A DNA stretch of 64,000 nucleotides, from positions 2,560,001-2,624,000 of the forward strand of contig OZ245015.1 in assembly GCA_965223705.1 (NCBI GenBank), written 5' to 3'. The stretch is from Myxococcota bacterium (GTDB lineage Bacteria; Myxococcota_A; UBA9160; UBA6930). The position numbers and the translations under genes were made by a program. Numbering within the stretch: the first letter of the stretch is position 1; the number at the start of each line of letters is the position of its first letter. The notes below the pieces were generated by a model. That model worked only from the letters and a program-made list of their open reading frames with translations, ran no database searches and was not told the origin of the DNA. This document shows positions 57,870 to 64,000 of the stretch, in pieces.

Positions 57870-60800
57870 CTAGTTGGGCAGTTCGCGCCAGAGCGCTTGA
57901 CCGGAAATCTTCGGCTTCGTGAACTTGAATTTCGTTTCGTGCCGGATCAACACATTCGCGTCGTCACCGATCGAGATCTTCGGGTCGACCGGCGGCTTGC
58001 CGTCGATCTTCTGTCGGGTCTCGGTCGTGCTCCCGTTCGAATAACCTTCGCCGCAGTGGACCTTGAAGGTATAGAGCCATGCCTCGCCTCCCGCCTCGCA
58101 GGGTGACGCCGGCGGTGTCGGCAAGTAGGACAACACCAAGACGTAGTACGCGAAGATCTCGCTCTGGGTAATCCACTTCTCCCCTTCCCGTCCCCGGAAG
58201 TAGAAACCGCGGTAGTTCGAGAGATCCATACACGTGACGTCGTCGGTGTGGTCGACGAGGTCGACCTCCCCGAGTGTCGGGTACGGCGTCGGCAAGGGAA
58301 CCGTGAACCGGCGCTTCTCGAACGGGTCGAGATCCGTCATCGAGTAGAAGCGATTGTTCTCGTCCTGGGTGCTGGAGAACCCAGCGAACGGGAGGTTCGA
58401 GCGTTCGCCACTGCCGAACGCGAGCCACAACGTGCCGCTCTTGATCGTTCCGCTCGGGGCGTGGTAGAAGCTCTTGTAGTAGAAGTTCGTCCCCGAGTCG
58501 TAGACCGGCGCCGAGAAGAACTTCTTGAAGTGCCAGTTTGCGTCCTGATCCTCGTCACCGACGCTCCCGTTCACGATATCATCGGCGATCTCCTTGATCA
58601 CCCACTTCCAGACGTTTCCGCCGAGGTCTCCGATGTAGATCAGGTCGGCGTAGCCGTCGAAGTCGGTGTCATAGACGGCCGGCCGCGACGGGATGGCATA
58701 GAGCATGTCCTGCTCTTCCTGAGACGCGCTGGTCGAGGGATCGAACTTCTTGCGCGCGAGGATCTCTCCGGATCGCAAGTCGAGCACCACGATCGATCGG
58801 CCGCCGAGATGCGCCGGATCGTAGGTCGCGTGGGAGTTCGGATCGCTCTTCTCGTCGTAGCCGCCCCCGATGATCGCGACCCAGCGCTCGTAACCTTCTC
58901 CGTTGTTGTCGTCGCTATTCACGCGAACGCGGATCTTCGTGATGATCGGCTCGGACCAACTCTCGCCCTGGTAGTCGGCGATTGAGGCCGGCGCGTCTTC
59001 CCGCGGCCATTCCCAGAGGTAGCCCGGGTAGGACGACGACGACGGATCGGTGACATCCATGGCGTAGTAGGACCGTCCGCCTTGGCGCAGGCCACCCACC
59101 ATCATGGTCATCCACTCGTTGCTCGACTTCGTGACCTGCCGCCCGTCCACGGCGGAAGGCAGCCACACGTCGGCGATGCTGGGCGTGCCGTCGACGAAGT
59201 AGAAGTCCCGCGCGTTGTCGTCCGTCGGCAGCTCACGCACGTTCTGGCGCGCGCCGTAGGGCATGAACCCGAACAGCTCGACGCCGGTGCCCACGGTGTA
59301 ACGCGGCGGGTTCAGGTTCGTGTCGAGGTAGCCCCCTTCGAAGAACCGCAAGAAGCCGTCGTTCGAGCCCGCCACCACGATGCGGTCGCGGTCGCTGAAG
59401 TTGGAGGCGAACTGCTTGTACGACAACTCGTTCTGGAAGCCCCGCGGTGCCGGAATGACGACCGGAGCGGAGTGGAAGATGTCGCCCAACAAGTGGTTGC
59501 GCGGAATACATGCAACTCCGTTCGCGCCGGTTCCGAAGCGGCAGCCTCGTACGTTGGCGACGATTTCGCCGGTCAGTTCGTCCGCCGTCGTCGCGACACT
59601 GCCCGCCGGAGTGACCGGGGGCGGGAACGTCACGCCGAGATGCGCCGCCGTCACCTCGTTCGCCGGGCTGCTCGTCAGGAGCTGATGTTTGAAGGGCCGC
59701 ATCGTCGAGGTACCGGTCCCCGTGAGAACCGAGGTATGGAGATTGCGGCTCGCCGGCGCCGGGACGTTGTCCGCCGCTTCCCAGAACGGGATCGCACTGC
59801 CGAGGAACTCGCCGCTGTTGCACTCGCCCGGATCGGGATCGTCGAGCGCACAGATGTCGCCCTGCCCGAGGATGTCGCCGTTCGCGAGCATCTTCCACGC
59901 CCGGAGGCTGCCCGTCCAGTAGCCCGAGTCGCGCTCGGGAATAAACGAACTCGTGTAGAACATGCCGCCATCGGCCGTCCGGGTCGCCGGAACTGCCGAG
60001 GCCGTAAAGGTGTGCGACTTGCGGATGATGTCCGTCAAGATCGAGACGATGTCCTGGGCCAGATCTTCAGCGCTCGTGCTGTAGTAGAACTGTCCACCGC
60101 CGACCTGGGCCGTTTTCTGCAGCACGGAATTCGCGTCGGGAGACGTGCTGAAGCCCACGGTGTAGACATCGATGGTCTGGTCGTCCGTCATGTCTGGCCG
60201 GAAATCGTTCCGGTTCATGAACATCGCGACGTCGTCGAGGTAGCGGCTGCCGTCGCCGCCCCACGGCACGGTGAGCTCGTTCTCACCGTCGGGGTTGTAG
60301 TCACCGATCAGGTTCATGAAGTTGGCAAAGCCCTGCTCTTCGCTGCTGCCATCGCCGGTAAAGAGATCCTTGGTGGGCTCGCCGTCGGTGATGATCAGGA
60401 CGAAATTCTTCTGGCATTCCCACTGCACCGGACTCTCGGGGACGGTCGGAGCCCCCGAGCTGCTGAACGGGCCGCCGTCTCCCGCGGTCCGGGAGGTAGT
60501 GTAGGAGTATTTCGGAAACTGCGTCGCGGGAAGGTTGGCGCCCAGCGGAATATCCGAGGTGTTCCGGCTCATGAAATACGTGTAGACCTGGAAGAGCGAC
60601 TCGGCGAGGGGCGTCCAGGATTCTCCGGTGAGCTCATCGATCGCGTCGTCAATGTGATCGCCGTGCGACTGCGTGTTGCCGTTTAGGGTGTAGACGTTCG
60701 GGTTCTGGCTCGCGTCGAGAAAGTCGTCCGCCGGCACGCGAACGTAGCCGCCGTCCGTGTGGGAGCCGGCCCCGGGGCGTCGGAACTGCGCCATGCCGAA

Positions 60801-61319
60801 GCGCACTGCGCCGGCGGCGTTCACTTGGCAGACCACCTCGCGCAGCACGTCTTTAGCCGCGGTGACGCGCGCGCGTCGGTACTTCGAGTAGGTGCCGCCG
60901 CCGATGCAGCTCGAGTAAGTCCCGTTGCTCGCGGCTTGAATGTCCGCGTTGTACGCGTTCGACTCGGGGCTGAACAGCCAGTTCAAGTAACGACCCGAGA
61001 AGCGCACCCAGCCGCCCGCAACGTTCGGATCGATGTAGACCGTCAAGGTCTTTCCACACTGCGTCGTCGTGAAGTTCCCGCTCGCCCAGTACGTGCTGCC
61101 ATTGCTGTAGGCGCCGCAAGTCGGTGTGGCGGAGTCGTCGTACGCCGGATGCCACACCATGTGCGTCATCGATCCCGAGTTGTCGACCAGGAGCATCACA
61201 TTGGGCGGAACCAGTGTGGAGAACAGCGCGGTGTCGTCGGCTTGCGCCCAACTCTGCTCGGAGCCCGCCAAGAGAGCGAGCCCAGCCAGTAGAACGAGTG
61301 CCTTGAATCGATTTCGCAT
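57870..61319 (-). CDS. pilY1: Type IV pilus tip adhesin PilY1/PilC (vWA plus beta-propeller)
   Basis: PPNVMLLVDNSGSM (MIDAS), TPLAESL, ITDGEP, LGDIFHS, GSNDG.L, DTDFDGYAD Ca-loop, GDLGGNVW. Confidence 0.93.
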   Translation of the reverse strand: MRNRFKALVLLAGLALLAGSEQSWAQADDTALFSTLVPPNVMLLVDNSGSMTHMVWHPAYDDSATPTCGAYSNGSTYWASGNFTTTQCGKTLTVYIDPNVAGGWVRFSGRYLNWLFSPESNAYNADIQAASNGTYSSCIGGGTYSKYRRARVTAAKDVLREVVCQVNAAGAVRFGMAQFRRPGAGSHTDGGYVRVPADDFLDASQNPNVYTLNGNTQSHGDHIDDAIDELTGESWTPLAESLFQVYTYFMSRNTSDIPLGANLPATQFPKYSYTTSRTAGDGGPFSSSGAPTVPESPVQWECQKNFVLIITDGEPTKDLFTGDGSSEEQGFANFMNLIGDYNPDGENELTVPWGGDGSRYLDDVAMFMNRNDFRPDMTDDQTIDVYTVGFSTSPDANSVLQKTAQVGGGQFYYSTSAEDLAQDIVSILTDIIRKSHTFTASAVPATRTADGGMFYTSSFIPERDSGYWTGSLRAWKMLANGDILGQGDICALDDPDPGECNSGEFLGSAIPFWEAADNVPAPASRNLHTSVLTGTGTSTMRPFKHQLLTSSPANEVTAAHLGVTFPPPVTPAGSVATTADELTGEIVANVRGCRFGTGANGVACIPRNHLLGDIFHSAPVVIPAPRGFQNELSYKQFASNFSDRDRIVVAGSNDGFLRFFEGGYLDTNLNPPRYTVGTGVELFGFMPYGARQNVRELPTDDNARDFYFVDGTPSIADVWLPSAVDGRQVTKSSNEWMTMMVGGLRQGGRSYYAMDVTDPSSSSYPGYLWEWPREDAPASIADYQGESWSEPIITKIRVRVNSDDNNGEGYERWVAIIGGGYDEKSDPNSHATYDPAHLGGRSIVVLDLRSGEILARKKFDPSTSASQEEQDMLYAIPSRPAVYDTDFDGYADLIYIGDLGGNVWKWVIKEIADDIVNGSVGDEDQDANWHFKKFFSAPVYDSGTNFYYKSFYHAPSGTIKSGTLWLAFGSGERSNLPFAGFSSTQDENNRFYSMTDLDPFEKRRFTVPLPTPYPTLGEVDLVDHTDDVTCMDLSNYRGFYFRGREGEKWITQSEIFAYYVLVLSYLPTPPASPCEAGGEAWLYTFKVHCGEGYSNGSTTETRQKIDGKPPVDPKISIGDDANVLIRHETKFKFTKPKISGQALWRELPN

Positions 61320-61355
61320 GAGTCTTCCCTTCCGACTAGCGGTGCCCGGGTAGTG

Positions 61356-61371
61356 AGCAAACGGCATGCCA
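61356..61371 (-). promoter_or_regulatory. Sigma54 (-24/-12) promoter TGGCATGCCGTTTGCT upstream of pilY1
   Basis: GG-N10-GC with a near-consensus TGGCAYG-N4-TTGCW; AT-rich tract further upstream. Confidence 0.75.
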
Positions 61372-61473
61372 GCCGTGTGGATTTCGCAACGCCTTGTTTT
61401 TCAAAGGTTTTTCACCGATGCGCAACCCGGTCTCGCTATGCAAACGGCTTCGCCCCGCATTTTTCTTCGCGGC

Positions 61474-62535
61474 TCAGCGCGCATCCGACGGACTCGCGGG
61501 GGTCGGTTCCTCTTCGTATTCCTCCGACACTTCGAGGTGGAACCGCATGGCCGTGCTCTCGCCGTGCGGGTCGGTCACCCGGATCTCCACGGGGTGTCGC
61601 CCGACTTCCGCGCCCCCGGGCCGCCAGTGGAGCGTTCCCAGCACCGGATCCATCACCATTCCGTCGGGCCCTTCGACGAGCTCCCAACGAAGCCGACGAT
61701 CGCCGTCGGGATCTTTCGCTTCGAACTCGTAGGTGAAAAGATCGCCGGCTTGTTTGGGCTGGGGCACGCCGCGCGTGACGAACTGCGGCGGCGAATTCAC
61801 CAGGGTGAGCGTTTCGCTGCGTCGGGCTTTGCCGGAGACACGACCGTCACTCGGTGTGACCTCGACTTCGATCCGATCATTGCGGCGCAGGCCGTTCGTC
61901 GAGAACTTGCGCTTGGTACCGCGCTCGTTTCCGTTGACGAACCACCGATACGTCAGCTTGATAGCGTCCCCATCGGCGTCCTCCGCATCGACGATCGCCT
62001 CGACAACCTCGTTCGGTCGCACGATTCCGGCGGGACCGGCGACGACGCTGCGGACCTCGGGAGGCGTGTTGCCGAGCGTGATACGAGCGGTCGCCGGCTC
62101 GCTCGTCAGGCTTCCGTCGAAGGCCTTCGCGATCACCTCGAGTACGTCGCCGCGACGCAGACCATCGGTCTGAAACGTCGAGCCCGTCTGGTCTTCGACG
62201 CGTCGTCCATTCACGGACCATTCGAAAAGAACCCGAGGACTTCCCCCGTTGGGGTCGCTGGCCTCCACCTGTGCGCGGGCGACCTGGCCGGGTCGCAAAG
62301 GCTTCGGCTGGAGCTCGAGTCGGTCGACCTTCGGCGGCTGGTTGAGCCCCGGCTCTTCTGTATTCGCCGGCGCTTCGTTGAGCGGAGGACCCGAAGACTG
62401 CGGTTGCTGCTTGTCCGATCCGCAAGCCCACGCGAGCGTCATCGCGCAGATGAGGCTGATCGCCCGAACTGTCGCCTCGAAATTGCGATCGGCCGCGCCG
62501 GCGATCACGCCACACGCGCGTCGATGGTTGCGCAT
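61474..62535 (-). CDS. Lipoprotein with three Ig-like/cadherin-like domains
   Basis: Lipobox LAWAC; repeated N.PP...A.D.(N/D)G...W..NG units; final He_PIG-like domain (GP.GM..D...G.L.W.P). Start may be downstream. Confidence 0.78.
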   Translation of the reverse strand: MRNHRRACGVIAGAADRNFEATVRAISLICAMTLAWACGSDKQQPQSSGPPLNEAPANTEEPGLNQPPKVDRLELQPKPLRPGQVARAQVEASDPNGGSPRVLFEWSVNGRRVEDQTGSTFQTDGLRRGDVLEVIAKAFDGSLTSEPATARITLGNTPPEVRSVVAGPAGIVRPNEVVEAIVDAEDADGDAIKLTYRWFVNGNERGTKRKFSTNGLRRNDRIEVEVTPSDGRVSGKARRSETLTLVNSPPQFVTRGVPQPKQAGDLFTYEFEAKDPDGDRRLRWELVEGPDGMVMDPVLGTLHWRPGGAEVGRHPVEIRVTDPHGESTAMRFHLEVSEEYEEEPTPASPSDAR

Positions 62536-62565
62536 TGTCCCCCCTGTCCGCGCCTTTGCGCTCGC

Positions 62566-63090
62566 TCAGTACCCCTTGCCGAGGATCCGAGCCTCCATCA
62601 CTTCGAGTCGTGCCTGAGAGCCGTTCGGGCTCTGCCCGGTCACGTTGATCTTCCAGAGCGTTTCGACGAGCTTCTGACCGCCTTCGCGCATGTCCGTGCC
62701 CGGCGCGATCTTGCCCTCTTTCTCGTACTTGACCGGGTTGGCCTCTGTCGGGTCGCCGTAGAACTGAGGCTGCGCCTGCTCCACGTTGTAGAGGGCGAGA
62801 TCTCCCAGCAAGGTCGGCGCACCTTGGGTCGGAAACGGAGGCGTATCGGTTCGCTCATCGACGACGTTGTTGTCACCCACGAAGCTTCGCCCGAGGTTGA
62901 GACCCGACTGCGCGGCGTAGAGTGCCGTCCGCGACTGGTTCTGGAAGCCGGCGACCTCGCCGTCTTTTGACACCGAGTCCATCGCGGCAATGCCCATGAA
63001 GCCCATCAACACGAGCACGCCCACGGCGATAAACAGCGCCGAACCGCGTTCTCTGCGTTGTCGGCGCGCGGTTTGAAGCGTTGCGATCAC
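62566..63090 (-). CDS. pilX: PilX-like minor pilin
   Basis: RERG/SALFIAV prepilin N-terminus lacking Glu5; A..AA.SG motif; GTGA coupling to pilW. Confidence 0.85.
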   Translation of the reverse strand: MIATLQTARRQRRERGSALFIAVGVLVLMGFMGIAAMDSVSKDGEVAGFQNQSRTALYAAQSGLNLGRSFVGDNNVVDERTDTPPFPTQGAPTLLGDLALYNVEQAQPQFYGDPTEANPVKYEKEGKIAPGTDMREGGQKLVETLWKINVTGQSPNGSQARLEVMEARILGKGY

Positions 63091-64000
63091 AATCGACCTC
63101 CCACGTTGCGCGGTCGAACTGCCGCGGTGTGCACCCTTCGGCGCAAACCATCGGTGCCGGGCACCAATTGACGGTTCTCCGTCTCGATGAACTCCCCCTG
63201 CCCGCTCATCTGGAAGTCTCGATCGTTCGCGCGCGTGGCGACCACGATGTTGACGCGAATCTCGTTCAGCTCCGTGTTGTCCCACAGGCTCGAGTTGTAG
63301 ACCGGATCATTGATCGTTCCGGGGATCTCGCCCGCGTCCACGATGCCGTCGTCGTTCAAGTCGTAGTACGCGGAGAACTGAAGATCGCTCACGCTACTCG
63401 CGAGCACTTGGTTGTCTCGCAGCAACCGTCCGTTGGCGTCGACCGTGTACCAATGCGCGGGAACGGCGATGAGTCGCTCGACGTTCATGCCGGGGAGGAC
63501 GGGTGCCAGCGCCGTGGTCGGGTTGCCTCCAGCGCCGGCGTTGCCTTGGAGGCTGAAATCCACCGTCAGCGTTTCTGCGCCGATATTGACGTTCGTGATG
63601 ATCCCGCAAGCGGCGCCGCGATCGGGGTTTGCGGCGTCGACCACGATCACGCCGCCCTGAATGCCATTCGCACCACCGCTCTGGCGAAAGTCGGAGTCTG
63701 GATTGCCGTCGCCGTTCAGGTCGTAGAACAGGTCGTCATCTGCGGCGTGCAGCTGAGAGCCCGGGCCGCTGTTCAGATCGAGCGTGTCGTTGCCCAGGCC
63801 GTCGAACCCGCTCTGGATATCTTGACCGAGGTCGTAGAGGTAGACGTTCGAAAAATCGAGCGCTTCGTAGTCCGTCACGAACAAGTAGTCGGACCCCGTC
63901 ACCTGATCGAGACCGCAGAGCGCTGCCGACTCCGGGACCATGGTCGCGGTCGAGCGCAGATCGCGCTCCAAGAGCTCGGCGATAGCGCGCAGGTTTTGCT
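63087..64000 (-). CDS. pilW: PilW-like minor pilin (5' end outside the window)
   Basis: QNLRAI..LLERDLR, LASSVSDLQF..Y, IRVNIV, RR......VRPRN; lies upstream of pilX. Confidence 0.8.
   Translation of the reverse strand, partial: QNLRAIAELLERDLRSTATMVPESAALCGLDQVTGSDYLFVTDYEALDFSNVYLYDLGQDIQSGFDGLGNDTLDLNSGPGSQLHAADDDLFYDLNGDGNPDSDFRQSGGANGIQGGVIVVDAANPDRGAACGIITNVNIGAETLTVDFSLQGNAGAGGNPTTALAPVLPGMNVERLIAVPAHWYTVDANGRLLRDNQVLASSVSDLQFSAYYDLNDDGIVDAGEIPGTINDPVYNSSLWDNTELNEIRVNIVVATRANDRDFQMSGQGEFIETENRQLVPGTDGLRRRVHTAAVRPRNVGGRL

Noticed and set aside
298..62970. Many long alternative-frame or antisense ORFs (e.g. 298-1815, 6934-8757, 17688-19565, 23881-25644, 28892-30853, 51005-52735, 59082-60686, 61366-62970)
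   Set aside because: Shadow ORFs of well-supported genes, caused by high-GC codon bias; no recognisable motifs.

Overview
High-GC, gene-dense bacterial chromosomal segment. It is most likely from the Myxococcota, inferred from MglC-, SgmX-, PilZ-, FHA-, CarF- and PEP-CTERM-type genes and a deltaproteobacterial-style pilMNOPQ-aro cluster. From left to right it holds: a complete trpEGDCFBA operon; lptD; ccdA/tlpA; housekeeping genes (dtd, dcd, queG, greB, chaC); an exosortase; signalling proteins (PilZ-cNMP, dual FHA); a SWIM-SNF2 helicase; envelope proteins (BON, OmpA, CmpX-like channel, PEP-CTERM protein, MMPL transporter); a four-gene CarF-like/FolE/cytochrome c/membrane-protein operon; GST-LysR and MmyB-DUF2834 divergons; tRNA-Gly(CCC); and a large type IV pilus locus (ExeA-like ATPase, sgmX, aroQ, mglC, aroB, aroK, pilQPONM, HTH gene, sigma54 activator, pilY2-like, pilY1, Ig lipoprotein, pilX, pilW). 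I saw no mobile elements or CRISPR arrays. The best candidate for an undescribed system is the translationally coupled operon at 35930-38785. It joins an atypical CarF/TMEM189-family desaturase, a divergent GTP cyclohydrolase I and a Sec-exported protein in which a pterin-binding-like (PruR/SUOX-fold) domain is fused to cytochrome c, and it sits back-to-back with an MMPL lipid exporter. Also notable are a recurring sigma28-like promoter motif (TCAAG-N15-NNCGA) upstream of five pilus/signalling units, a sigma54 promoter dedicated to pilY1, and several leaderless-mRNA architectures. All family assignments come from motif recognition by eye, not from database searches.
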